A stretch of DNA of 64,000 nucleotides from an uncultured Nitrospinota bacterium (GTDB lineage Bacteria > Tectomicrobia > Entotheonellia > J063 > CAVPRW01), in the NCBI GenBank assembly GCA_963707985.1, contig CAVPRW010000011.1, forward strand, positions 97,632-161,631, read 5' to 3'. How positions within the stretch are numbered: the first letter of the stretch is position 1; each line of letters starts with the position of its first letter. Both the position numbers and the translations under genes were made by a program. Under the pieces are notes generated by a model. It worked only from the letters and a program-made list of their open reading frames with translations. It searched no databases and was not told the origin of the DNA. Positions 22,258 to 32,493 of the stretch are shown piece after piece.

Positions 22258-23147
22258 ATGAATCTCGACCTACCCACCTGTGGCCCAACCAAACCGACCG
22301 CCTCGGGACACCTGCAATGGGAAGTGACGTCGTACCTACTCCTGGGTGGTCGTGGCCGGGATCATCGCCCTGATCATCTGGAGTGCCATTGGGACTGGAG
22401 CCGATCTGCGGGTGTTCTTATACCGTGACGCGTGGTTCCAGATGGGCACGTTTGTGAATGGCCTTTTCCCCCCTGACCTCTCGGCAAAATTCCTGCGCGG
22501 CACGCTCTGGAGCGGTGTCGAGACCATGGCGCTGTCGCTCATGGGCACGGTCCTGGCCGTGCTCATCGCGCTACCGCTGGGAATCGTCTCCAGCCGAACC
22601 GTTCTCGGCGATATCCACAGCGACGCTGACAGGCGGTTGCGGCCCGGTGCCCGTCTGTTGCGAGCGATTCCCGTACTGGGGCAGCACGCTGGGACTCAAT
22701 CTGCTGCGTTCCATTCCAGAGCTCTTCTGGGCGCTGATCTTCATTCTAGCCGTCGGGCTTGGGCCGTTTGCGGGGGTGCTGGCGCTGGGGTTTCACACGG
22801 GGGGCGTGCTCGGCAAACTCTTCTCGGAGGTCATCGAGGACGTCAATCCGCAGCCGATCGAGGCGTTGCAGGGCACGGGTGCTTCCATGGCCGCGGTGCT
22901 CGCTTATGGGATCTTTCCTCTGGCCCTGCCGCAGTTAGTCTCCTACACCCTGTACCGCTGGGAGGTGAATATTCGCGCTGCCGCCATCATCGGGGTCGTG
23001 GGCGCAGGCGGCATCGGCCGGGATATCTACGTGGCGATCAGCCTGTTCCAGTATCAGCAACTCCTGACCCTGTTGTTGATGACGTTGATCATCGTCACCC
23101 TGGTGGACTATCTCAGCGCCTGGGTGCGAGCGCTGCAGCGCGTGTGA
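22258..23147 (+). CDS. PhnE-type ABC permease 2 (frameshifted)
   Basis: LFPPDLS, LRSIPELFWALIFILAVGLGPFAGVLA, YTLYRWEVNIRAA. Confidence 0.85.
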
Positions 23148-23751
23148 GGCCGTCGTGCGGCGAGCGTCTTTCGGCCGAGCTTGGCGAGCGCCGTATCGAC
23201 CAGGCGCTCATAATAGGCCTTTCGCAGGTCAAGATCGCCGATCAAGTGGCGGATGCGCTGACGCTCTCGGCCAAGCTTCTCTAGCAGTCTGCCATATTCA
23301 GGGCCATAGGTCTCTTCGAGTTGCATGCGAATCCGTTTGGCCAGCGTCGGGCTGTGCCCGCCAGTCGAGATGGCGATTTGCAGTGCACCACGCCGCACGA
23401 TGGCTGGGGCGATGAAGTCACAGGCTTCTGGCGTATCGACGATGTTCACCCAGACGTCGTGGGCCCGTGCCGCTTTGCACACGGCCGTATTGACCTCCGC
23501 TTGATCGGTGGCGCCGATGACCAGCGTACAACCCAGGACATCGTCGGCGCGAAAAGGATCGAGACTGATAGGTCAATGAGGCCCTGCGCCACCAGGGTCG
23601 CCAGGGCCTCACAGAGCGCAGGGCTGACTACCACAACCAGCGCGTCGGCGTCGAGCAACCCCTGTACCTTACGCGTGGCAATTTCCCCGCCGCCAACGAC
23701 CAGGCAGCGTTTCCCTTGCAAATCGACGAACATTGGATAATAGCTCGGCAT
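23108..23751 (-). CDS. Precorrin-2 dehydrogenase/sirohydrochlorin ferrochelatase (SirC/CysG N-terminal type; frameshifted)
   Basis: [46 protein letters not shown]...STGGHSP. Confidence 0.85.
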
Positions 23752-23753
23752 GT

Positions 23754-23788
23754 CCCCCTCACCCTGCCCCTCTCCCAGCGGGAGAGGG
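23754..23788. repeat. REP-like palindrome
   Basis: CCCCCTCACCCTGCCCCTCTCCCAGCGGGAGAGGG; stem CCCTCTCCC/GGGAGAGGG, intergenic. Confidence 0.65.
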
Positions 23789-23871
23789 CATACTCATTGA
23801 GGCGCTTCACCTGGTGCTTTGGTTCCTAAAGGAGATCACCAACGTAGGTTACGCTGGAGCATCACCCTCCG

Positions 23872-25610
23872 TCAATGCTCTTTAGCGCGCCGGCACACGC
23901 TGTTGGAGTTGGTCCGCCCCGAGGCGATAGCAAAAGTCGCTGAAGCTTTCGCCCGATAGCCGTTCGCGTCGATAGAGGCTGAATAGGCCCTTAATAGTGG
24001 GGCCAACGTGATCATCGCGCACGCGCTGGCGGAACGGTAACGCCAACCGTGGTGTCGTCCCATCCATGGCTCCACCGATGCGAATATCAAAGTACTCATG
24101 GCCATCGGCCTGGCGTTTGAGGGCTCCCCACAGCCCGATGCCGCCGATCGCAGAGAACGCGCAGGAGTTCGGGCACCCGGTGATGTTGATGGGGACAGGG
24201 AGGTCGCCATACCCGGCATTTTCCAGCTCAAGCAAGAGTTGGGGCAGAAAAAGCTTGGCCTCGGTGAAGGAAAGCGGGCAATAACGCGCCACCTCGCCGG
24301 GGAAATCGAGTGATGCCGTGTGATACACACCGACGCAGGCGTGCGCCTGAGCGCGCAAGGGAGAGACGGCATCTTCGGTCGGGATGCCGTGGTCCTCGAG
24401 TCGCTGCCTGATGTCGGAAATGTCACCGGCCGCGATATCCGTCAGTATCAGATCCTGATTGACGCTAAAGCGCACGCCAAGGCGATAGTCCCGCACCAGG
24501 TTGCGGAAAAACACCAGGTTGCTGCCACCCAGGGCTTTGTCATGCTTGCCGGTTACTTGACCGTCCTCGCTGATCTCGCCATTGGCGATCGGCAGCCCCC
24601 AGTAGAATCGGCCTGGTTGGCGTTGGGCATGCAAACCCAAGTGCGTGGCGACACGGTAATGAGGTATCGGGACGCGGTGACGCCAGTTCAATCCCGAGGC
24701 CTTGTTGGGTTAGCCGCTCATAGCACCGCATCCCTGAAGCTGTTCGATCCCCCAGCGCTCCACCAGATATTTGAGCCGTGCCTGCTTACGATTCTCACGA
24801 TTACCGTGATCGCGCTGCACTTCGACGATGGCTTGCACCACTGGGAGGACATGCTCCTCTGCCACCATACCGAGTGGTTGGCCCAAAGACGGGTGGGTCG
24901 ACGGTTTCAGCGGTGTGCTGCCGAGTCCTCCCCCAACCAGCACATTAAAGCCATCGATCCCGGAAGGGGAGGCAGGGTTGACCACGGCGATGAGCCCGAC
25001 GTCATTGGTGTGTGGGAACGTGCAGTTATCCGTCGAGAGGGCCACCCCAATCTTGAATTTCCTGGGTAAGAGCGCCTCGCCATAGATGGGATTGACGGCG
25101 GGAAGGTCTGGAGGCATCAACTTCTCGGGAACGAAAATCTCAAAATAGGCCGGGGCATTGAGGAGGAAGGCATCCGAGAGGCGTTTGGTCAGCCGCGTGG
25201 GTGTCGTAGGGAGAGTCGTGATCGAGATCGCTCACTGGGCAGGTGGTAACGTTCCGTACGACATCGCCACAGGCGCCTTGCGTGGTGCTCCACAGGCTGT
25301 CAAGGAGGCTGATAATGTCACGTAGATGCTGGGCACGGACGTTGTGGAACTGCACATCCTGGCGTGTGGTGATCATGAACTGACTGTTCGCATAGCGCAG
25401 GGCGATCTCACTGACTGCCAGGTATTGTTCCGTGGTAAACCGCCCGCCGGGGATCTTCAGGCGCACCATATTGCCTTCTTGTTGCTGGTAGATGCCAAAA
25501 TGCTTCATCCGTTGGGCATCATCTTTGGCGAAACGCGCCTCGTCCCGCTCGATCGTGCCAGCGATCCCACCCGCTAATCCCTGCCGCTTCAGGACTTCCA
25601 CCGATGCCAT
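23872..25610 (-). CDS. Siroheme nitrite/sulfite reductase (multiple frameshifts)
   Basis: KHFGIYQQ, MVRLKIPGG, ITTRQDVQFH, GACGDVVRNVTTCP, LPRKFKIG, NITGCPNSC across ORFs 25140-25610, 24710-25120, 23882-24691, 23872-24426. Confidence 0.85.
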
Positions 25611-25634
25611 GGATGTTCTCCCCTATCATGGGCG

Positions 25635-25667
25635 AAAAAAAGGCTAAGGGCAACCGTCCCTTAGCCT
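25635..25667 (-). terminator. Intrinsic terminator in leader of sulfite reductase operon
   Basis: Minus strand AGGCTAAGGG-ACGGTTG-CCCTTAGCCT followed by T-run, about 25 nt before the reductase ATG. Confidence 0.8.
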
Positions 25668-25709
25668 CCAGATGTCTGGTCAGCTGTATTTCCCGTCAAG
25701 ACTCGTGGA

Positions 25710-25871
25710 TCACACCAGACGAATTCTCTCGACCTTATCGATTTGGACCACTTTCGAATCTTGTATGACGATCTGTACCGACCCGTGGCGAATCTCGCGA
25801 ATGGCATGAAGTATCAGCCGAATCACCTGAGCTTCCTCAGGCCGCAGTTCCTGTGCAGGTGGATTTTGCAT
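25710..25871 (-). CDS. YezD/DUF2292 (OscA-like) small protein, 53 aa
   Basis: Manual translation MQNPPAQELRPEEAQVIRLILHAIREIRHGSVQIVIQDSKVVQIDKVERIRLV; below ORF-track cutoff. Confidence 0.85.
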   Translation of the reverse strand: MQNPPAQELRPEEAQVIRLILHAIREIRHGSVQIVIQDSKVVQIDKVERIRLV

Positions 25872-25933
25872 CAGCTACCCTGCTCCCGTGTGGGTCTTAA
25901 AATAAATCATAACCTTCCAGACGTCGAGAGATG

Positions 25934-25962
25934 AAAATAAAATACCCGAAGAAATATGTCAA
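25934..25962 (-). promoter_or_regulatory. Sigma70-like promoter for yezD-sulfite reductase operon
   Basis: TTGACA-17nt-TATTTT on minus strand in AT-rich context. Confidence 0.65.
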
Positions 25963-26067
25963 GAATTTTTTATTAGACTGTGTAGTTCTCCTAGCTAAAC
26001 AAAATTGAAGGCGGGAAAATCAATGGAGTACTTCGGCACTCGATAGCTAAACGGTGAACAGGAAAAG

Positions 26068-26935
26068 GCTCAATATGCGTTTAGAGGAGCGAGGCCAGCA
26101 AGAGCTCCAGCAACGTTCCTCGTAACGCTTTGCCTCGTCGTCTCACCTTGTGGACAAACTCAAAGCACTCCCAATACCGTGGCAAGTATTCCTGCGAGAT
26201 GCCGCGATGCGGACGCAGCCACGACCTGAGCAGCGACCAAAAGCCTTCTATCATAGTAACATGAACCGCATGCAAGCCATCGCCGTCGTCATCCCGTGCG
26301 TCTCCGCCACGCCCATGACAGACGGTTTAGTGCGCATAACCCCACGGCTCCAAGCGGCTGTAGATATCGTATGCATCAAGGTCAATACAGGTACCCGGTG
26401 CAGTCGCGGCCTCGATGAAGGACTTGATCGTGATGTGTTGGACGGTTTCCACCAGACGAATGATCACCTCACCACCACGTTGCATCATCCCGAAGATCGG
26501 ACGTTTCTCGGTGGCAAGCGTCCCTCGTCCCTGCTGGTCCTTGAGCCGTCTGCGCCGTCCGCGTCGCCCTTGTTTACCACCTCATCAGGCTTGCCCTTGT
26601 GACCAGCAACCATGTCGACCTCGTCACATTCGACCCCCTCTCGTACGGTCGGATAGGGCTTCTTCGTGACCATACCTTGGCGCCGCCGACGGGTCATCTG
26701 ATGTACATCGTCTTTGTTGCGGTCGAGTGCTTGAGCCATGTGGTGGTTCGAGAGGTTGAGTCCCATGAAGTACAGACACAGAATCCAGACCCGCAGAGGT
26801 TCATGAGGACCAGCAAAATCGTCTCAGTCACATCGTTGAAGCGTCGACGACAGGACTTGCCATGGTAGCGCTGACGCTCGGGTTGGGTCTCGTCGGGCCT
26901 CGCTCTCTCTAAAAAACCCTTGGCACTGGAAGTCA
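26068..26935 (-). pseudogene. IS1595-family transposase remnant
   Basis: Fragments QPERQRYH.KSCRRRF, VECDEVDMVAGHKG, IEGFWSLLRSWLRPHRGISQE; frameshifted and decayed. Confidence 0.75.
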
Positions 26936-26994
26936 TATCAACGCCTGGCATAAGCCGCGCACTTCATCGTGTCGGTTCCATGCCTTGGTTAGGC
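26936..26994 (-). other. attC site
   Basis: Minus strand GCCTAAC CAAGGCATGGAACCGAC...GCGGCTTATGCCAGGC GTTGATA; contains stop codon of upstream cassette gene. Confidence 0.75.
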
Positions 26995-27501
26995 CTCCTT
27001 TGCGCGAGCCAGGAATCTCTTGACCTCTGCCTGAGACCGCAACCAGATGACCTTCTTGCTCTGTGCACTCTCCCTTAACATCTCTGTAATCTGCGGCCTC
27101 GTCCTGCTTTTGTAACGCCACACCCAACGTATGAACCCCAAGTCTAGCCGTTCCCGACACCCTTCAGCCATATCCGGCCTGGTCCTGCTTCGGTACAGTA
27201 TCTGCCGCTTCAGCACACGCCATAAACAGATCGGGAGCGCTATATCTAAGAAAATCACCGTGTCACACTTCCCAATCCTTAGGTCAAGCGTATTCGAGTA
27301 ATTCCCGTCGATGATCCACGCCTCTCGCCTCAGCACCTCTTCGATGACTTTCCGCCACTCGGCTCTTGGCGTTTCAATCCATCCAGGATGCCAATAGAGC
27401 GCATCCAGATGGATGACGTCGATGTTGAGGAGGGTACCCAAATGTCTGGCAAAGGTGGATTTGCCCGCCCCACCTGAGCCAATGACGAGAACTTTCCTCA
27501 T
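26989..27501 (-). CDS. FlaR-like P-loop kinase (topology modulation protein family), gene cassette
   Basis: MRKVLVIGSGGAGKST, IHLDALYWHPGW, WIIDGNY, RPDMAEGC. Confidence 0.85.
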   Translation of the reverse strand: MRKVLVIGSGGAGKSTFARHLGTLLNIDVIHLDALYWHPGWIETPRAEWRKVIEEVLRREAWIIDGNYSNTLDLRIGKCDTVIFLDIALPICLWRVLKRQILYRSRTRPDMAEGCRERLDLGFIRWVWRYKSRTRPQITEMLRESAQSKKVIWLRSQAEVKRFLARAKEA

Positions 27502-27555
27502 GTTTTTCCTAGTACTGGCATGGCCATCTCGCGCCCCGTTAAGCCGCCTGCGGCG

Positions 27556-27667
27556 GCTTAACGGCCAGGCGTCAGCGGCGGGGGCAAAAACACCTCCGAC
27601 TTCTGACTGGCTACCAAGCCGCCCACCGCCGCTGTCCCTTCCCGTCCGCTGCACGCCTGTGTTGGCC
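27556..27667 (-). other. attC site
   Basis: Minus strand GGCCAAC ACAGGCGTGCAGCGGAC...CCGCTGACGCCTGGCC GTTAAGC. Confidence 0.8.
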
Positions 27668-28140
27668 ACTGCTGTCTCTCGACTGTGCGCTTGTCGGCGA
27701 CAGGGTTTCGAAGGGATTGATGATTCGCACCTGATTCTCTACCACTAACCCATGTTGCATATCTTCTGAGTAGAGCACTGAAACGCCAGCATGCAAGGCA
27801 CTCGAGACGATGGTGCTGTCCCAGAAAGAGAAGGCGTATTGCTTCCGTAAGGTCGAAGCCTTCAACAATAGCCCTTTGTTCACCTCGATAACCGCATACT
27901 TGGCATAAAAAGACTCGATTAATTGCTGCACGTGCTGCTCTGAGAACTGTACTTTCTTGAGCAGATTGACACACACTTCATTTCATTGATCACCTGGGGA
28001 CTCACAATCACTGCACGGCTTACTTCCAGCAGGGACTGGGCACGAGCGGATTTTCTGAGATCATCCCCTTCGACGAATGCATAGAGCCAGATATTCGTGT
28101 CCACACAACAGCTTGCAGGCTCCGTGTCAGGAACGCTCAT
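27611..28140 (-). pseudogene. PIN-domain (VapC-like) toxin, frameshifted by a 5-nt ATGAA duplication ~27980
   Basis: VDTNIWLYAF...VSPQVINE / VCVNLLKK...FSFWDSTIVSSAL...LYSEDMQHG...IINPF. Confidence 0.8.
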
Positions 28141-28310
28141 GCATCTCATCTCTTGTGAACGGCTTGAAGTCGGCCACTTTGAGGGGGTGCTTCAGGAGCT
28201 GGTCAATGAGGTTCCCTGTTGTACTTTCTTCCTCAGCCAGGAGGATCACCCGAACGCACTCTTTGAACCGATGTTTATACACCTCGGGGATTTCAATGGC
28301 CGTTGAGAAG
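28127..28310 (-). pseudogene. Putative antitoxin, 5'-truncated
   Basis: IEIPEVYKHRFKECVRVILL...FKPFTRDEMHER overlapping the PIN start; no convincing start codon. Confidence 0.55.
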
Positions 28311-28357
28311 ATCGCCGCCAAGGAACACGCCATGGCCGCCGCGTGAGTGTACCAATC

Positions 28358-28546
28358 TCATGTGGACCGATTTAGGTGTCCATCGGATTCGAGTGCGCGA
28401 CGAAGCTCGCGGCGCGTGTGGGCTACGAGGGTTTCTGCTGTTGGCGCTGGGCCCCAAATCAGGATCGATACCGGTACGGCTGCAATCTTCGCCAGGGTCT
28501 GTCGCCGTCGTTGCTCGACAACTGCCTCAAACGAGTCATCACTCAT
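28358..28546 (-). CDS. Hypothetical cassette protein, probably truncated
   Basis: GGAGG RBS, follows attC at 28623; MSDDSFEAVVEQRRRQTLAKIAAVPVSILIWGP. Confidence 0.45.
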   Translation of the reverse strand: MSDDSFEAVVEQRRRQTLAKIAAVPVSILIWGPAPTAETLVAHTRRELRRALESDGHLNRST

Positions 28547-28622
28547 TCACGATCCTCCGCCTATGTCGGGAGACTTACTATGACTCTACATACTCCCATC
28601 CACCATCCCTACGCACGATGTG

Positions 28623-28708
28623 GCCGAACGCTAGAACTCACCCGTCGCCGGAAGCGGAGCGAGGCACGAGCGAAGTTGTAGGCGGTCGGGTGCAGTGACT
28701 TGTTCGGC
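28623..28708 (-). other. attC site
   Basis: Minus strand GCCGAAC AAGTCACTGCACCCGAC...GGGTGAGTTCTAGC GTTCGGC. Confidence 0.85.
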
Positions 28709-28754
28709 AAGCCGAGGTGGGCAAGGGACGTACGTGCTGCTCCCAGTGTGCCTT

Positions 28755-28991
28755 TTAGAACCGGTCACGCGGCTCTGGCTCTATGTCTGGCACCTTGGCT
28801 AGCACGGCTTCAAACTTCTCCAGGCTCCCTCGTTTCGCCCGTTCTCGCAGGTACTCGACTGTTGTGAGCGCTGCCACCTTCTCGGCCACTGCGGTGGCAA
28901 TAAACTGGTTGAGCGAGATCCCGTCTTGTTGGGCCAGCTTGCAGACTTGTTTGTAGAGTGACTCTGGCAAATTCAGACTGACCGTACTCAT
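28755..28991 (-). CDS. Ribbon-helix-helix antitoxin (HicB-like RHH)
   Basis: MSTVSLNLPESLYKQVCKLAQQDGISLNQFIATAVAEK. Confidence 0.8.
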   Translation of the reverse strand: MSTVSLNLPESLYKQVCKLAQQDGISLNQFIATAVAEKVAALTTVEYLRERAKRGSLEKFEAVLAKVPDIEPEPRDRF

Positions 28992-28993
28992 GA

Positions 28994-29413
28994 TCACACC
29001 CCTATAGCTTCCAGAAACGCTTTTGGCGTCACGACAGCGATGCCAAACTGTTCTGCCCCACGAAAGTTGCGTGTGTTATAGGTGACAATGTACTGGCACC
29101 GGGCTTTGACCGCCAGTTCCAGGAGCATCTCATCTTTGGGGTCGGTCAGCATCGGACGCCAGAGGAAAAATATCTCATGGAGATGGGCGATGGTACACAG
29201 GAAGTCAAGAAAGTCCGCAATATCAGTGGTTGTGAGTTCCATCGCGCGTTGGTGCTGTCGGAGTACCTCCTCATATTCGCACACGAGGGGAACCGAGAGG
29301 TTAATCTCGAACGACGCTGCGGACAGCAGTGAGACGAGGCGAAACGCCGCGCCTCGCCGTGAGCGCAAGGCGGCAACGAGGACATTCGTGTCAAGGACAA
29401 TCTGCGGCTTCAT
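28994..29413 (-). CDS. PIN-domain toxin
   Basis: IVLDTNVLVAALRS, SVPLVCEYEEV, DPKDEMLLELA, YIVTYN. Confidence 0.85.
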   Translation of the reverse strand: MKPQIVLDTNVLVAALRSRRGAAFRLVSLLSAASFEINLSVPLVCEYEEVLRQHQRAMELTTTDIADFLDFLCTIAHLHEIFFLWRPMLTDPKDEMLLELAVKARCQYIVTYNTRNFRGAEQFGIAVVTPKAFLEAIGV

Positions 29414-29467
29414 GGGGGTATGATATGCCACCGCAACAAGCCTGGCAACTGCTGAAACGTCAAGGCT

Positions 29468-29579
29468 GCCGAACGCGAAAGCTCAGCGGCGGTCGACGAA
29501 ACCACCACTGACCCACATCTGTACCAACAACGTCGGCACCGCCACTATCCCGCCCGTCCACTGCAGTGTGTGGTTAGGC
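29468..29579 (-). other. attC site
   Basis: Minus strand GCCTAAC CACACACTGCAGTGGAC...CCGCTGAGCTTTCGC GTTCGGC. Confidence 0.85.
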
Positions 29580-29744
29580 CGGAATCTGTTTGTAGGAGAA
29601 ACTTGGCATCTCGGCTCGCTCATGTGCGGACTCCATCGTCATACCGGAAACGTTACCATCATGTTCAAAATCGAGGAGCGTATTCTCATCAATTTCATCG
29701 CGCAGAGCCTCGGCTAGGAACTCGATGGAATCCGGGGTGATCGG
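29574..29744 (-). pseudogene. DUF2283-like remnant ending in attC
   Basis: Manual translation ...DEIDENTLLDFEHDGNVSGMTMESAHERAEMPSFSYKQIPA* with TAA inside GCCTAAC. Confidence 0.5.
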
Positions 29745-29746
29745 CC

Positions 29747-30253
29747 TTATGTTTCCTTAAGAAGCTTCTCCAGCATCTCCCAGGTATTGTAGGTCTCCGT
29801 GACAGCCTGAAGATAGATAGGCCAACTGATCTCGAAGTATGCGGAAAGCAAACTCAGCCATGTGCCGAGGATTTGAGCACGATTCGATAGTGACACCAGC
29901 CGTTCGTAGGGCTTGCCCAGAACTTTCCGCTTCGCCTCAAGCTGAGCTTGAAGATGCCCGGCCTGGAATATCTGGACTTCCGCTGTGAACCGAGAGGTGC
30001 GTTCGCCAAGATTCGAGATCTCGATTTGTAGGTGGAGCCGTTTGTCGCTGATCGTGGACTGTTGCAGCTGAGCCTTGTTCCAGACGGAGCGCGCCTCGGT
30101 GGCGATGGCTCCGTAACTCCTGATGAACTCATCGACTGGGTCAGCCTCTGCGCTCCGGGAGGTGAGCACTGCCGTTGCCGTCAGTGCGATGAGCAGGGTA
30201 ATACGGTTTCTTATCGTCAGCATTCTTCTCCCCGGCATGGGATAGACGTTCAC
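29747..30253 (-). CDS. Hypothetical secreted protein
   Basis: Signal-like RITLLIALTATAVLTSRSAEA; helical body. Confidence 0.6.
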   Translation of the reverse strand: MNVYPMPGRRMLTIRNRITLLIALTATAVLTSRSAEADPVDEFIRSYGAIATEARSVWNKAQLQQSTISDKRLHLQIEISNLGERTSRFTAEVQIFQAGHLQAQLEAKRKVLGKPYERLVSLSNRAQILGTWLSLLSAYFEISWPIYLQAVTETYNTWEMLEKLLKET

Positions 30254-30875
30254 TCTGTTTTCGCGAGGAATTGGCGGATTCCCTCAATGGCGAGTCGCAC
30301 CTCTTGCGTGGTCTTGGTGAAATCAGTCGGGCTGTGGGCTGCTTTGTTGCGATCTTTTCCCCATGACTCAATCAAGTCTGCGTCACTTGCTGTCACGAGG
30401 TTCTGAATTCCCGATTGCGTGCTTGCCCAAGCGCTTGGTTGTACTTACTAATTGAGCCATCGCCTGACCATGAGAGAGAAAAACGGCCGCAAAGGTTGTG
30501 AAGGTGTGTCTCTAAAGCTCCACCTGCTAGTACCATCGCCGCGACAACATATCCAACCCTTACTAAGGTGTCTGCCTGGCCAAGGCATTGGGCAATGGTC
30601 TCTGCGCGTATACCATCTGCGAACCTCCGAGCGTGCCCCTCCTTTAAGAGGCGATGAGCAGCTCGGAAAGTGCCAATCCAATCCTTCTCGCGTGACCTCG
30701 GGTTCTCCCACCTCTTGAGGACTGCATGCGATGGTGGAAAACTACTTTCAAGCGCTGTTTGCATCTCCGTTAACAAGGCAGGCCATGCGGTGCTCTCGCC
30801 CGTCGAAGAGTTGATCGTCTGAGTGATACGCTCATCAATTTGCTCAAACCAAGTAAGCAAGCTCGGCTCGTCCAT
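30250..30875 (-). CDS. HEPN/DUF4145-like protein (frameshift ~30410)
   Basis: AAMVLAGGALETHL; shifted-frame continuation IESWGKDRNKAAHSPTDFTK...QFLAKTE* contains the R-x4-H motif. Confidence 0.65.
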
Positions 30876-30936
30876 GACTTGCCCCAACACTAGGGAATCA
30901 ACACCTTTTTAGCCAAGACATCTTGCTTTCTCTCTG

Positions 30937-31034
30937 GTCGAACGCTGGCTGTTGAGCCGCGAGCCTCGCAGGGAGGGAGACGCGGAGCGTCTGGCTCCCG
31001 AGAAGCGCAGTCGGCTCGAACGCCCTGGATAGGC
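30937..31034 (-). other. Degenerate attC site
   Basis: Minus strand GCCTATC CAGGGCGTTCGAGCCGAC...GCGGCTCAACAGCCAGC GTTCGAC. Confidence 0.65.
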
Positions 31035-31189
31035 GGAGCGCGAGCGACGCCGTGAGCAAGGGCGTTAGAGGGGACGCAACAGCCAGCGATAAGCGGACGG
31101 GCACAGCCCGAGTGAGCGTCAGCGAGCGGTCCGCTTATCGCGGGCGTCAGCTGCTGCCAAAAGCGGGAGCGACGTAGGGAGCGGACGCT

Positions 31190-32465
31190 TATAATGGACC
31201 CCACAAACTGGACCACCACCCATGCAAATTCTCTCATAGGCAGCTATCAATAGGGAGGGGTCTATGGAGTCGATGAAACGGACACAGCATTCCGCCCAGT
31301 TCAAAGCGAAGGTGGCGTTGGAGGCTCTCAAAGGGCAAAGCCCCGTGAACGAGTTGGCTTCTCGATATGGGGTCCATCCGGCCCAGATCACCCGGTGGAA
31401 GCAACAGCTGGAGGCGGGGATAGACGAGATTCTTCTCCCGCGGTCAGCACACACGGGCCAGGGAGGACGAGGCTCTTCGAGCACGGCTCTATCAGGAGAT
31501 GGGGCCGCTGAAGGTCGAGCGGGACTGGTTGAAAAGCAAGGTTTCCCCCCTTTGAAGCCAAGCGGGCCATGATTGACCGGGGGTATCCTCTGCTCAGCCT
31601 CCGGCGCCAGTGTGCGTGGCTGGGGCTGCACCGGTCTAGCCTGTACGATGTCCCTGTGCAGGAGCGTGCGGAGAACCTCTGGCTCATGCGCTTGATCGAT
31701 GAGCCGTACACCCGAACCCCCTTTGATGGCAGTCGGCGGATGACGGCCTGGCTGCGGGGAGCAGGCGATGCGGTCAACCGCAAGCGGGTGGTGCGACTGA
31801 TGGGCCAGATGGGCCTGGAGGCGATCTTCCCGAGGCCACGTCTGAGCGCGCCGGGTCCGGCTGCCAAGGGGTATCCCTACTGGCTCCAGGGGTTGGAGAG
31901 AAACGGTCCCAACCAGGTGTGGGGTACAGATATCACCTATATGCCGATGCAGCGGGGCTTCAGGTATCTGGTGGCCATCATGGACTGGTACAGTCGCTTG
32001 GTGCTCTCCTGGGAGCTCTCTAACACGTTGGACGTAGGGTTCTGCCTGGTGGCCCTCGAGGGGGCACTGGCACTGGGGAAGCCCCAAATCTTCAACAGCG
32101 ATCAGGGCGTGCAGTTCACGTCTCACACCTGCACCGGGAGGCTGGAGGAAGCAGGGGTAGCCATCAGTATGGATGGGCGTGGGCGAGTGTTTGACAACAT
32201 CTTCGTCGAAAGGCTATGGCGCACGGTGAAGTACGAGGACATTTATCTCAAGGACTATGGAACGGTGCCTGAGCTGGAAGTTGGGCTCGATCACTACTGG
32301 TGGTTCTACAACCATGAGAGACCACATCAGGCATTGAGGTATCAGACGCCGGCTCAGGTCTATTTTGGCGAGTTGGCCGGCTCGCCATGCCTGAAGGGAG
32401 GTGAGAATCTGTCCTAATTTGCTTAGTTCAACAGCATCGTGGTCTTGACAAAGGGGTCCACTATA
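31190..32465 (+). mobile_element. IS3-family element (orfA ~31264-31557, orfB 31569-32417), decaying
   Basis: TIRs TATAATGGACCCC.../...GGGGTCCACTATA; 3-bp TSD GCT; FKAKVALEA; WGTDITY, FNSDQG, DNIFVERLWRTVKYE. Confidence 0.9.
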
Positions 32466-32493
32466 GCTGTAGGCAGTCGGCTGCACGCGTTTG

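Noticed and set aside
26936..31152. Spaced palindromes as a CRISPR array
   Set aside because: The repeats are non-identical, gene-spaced and bounded by AAC/GTT boxes, so they are attC sites. No cas genes are present.
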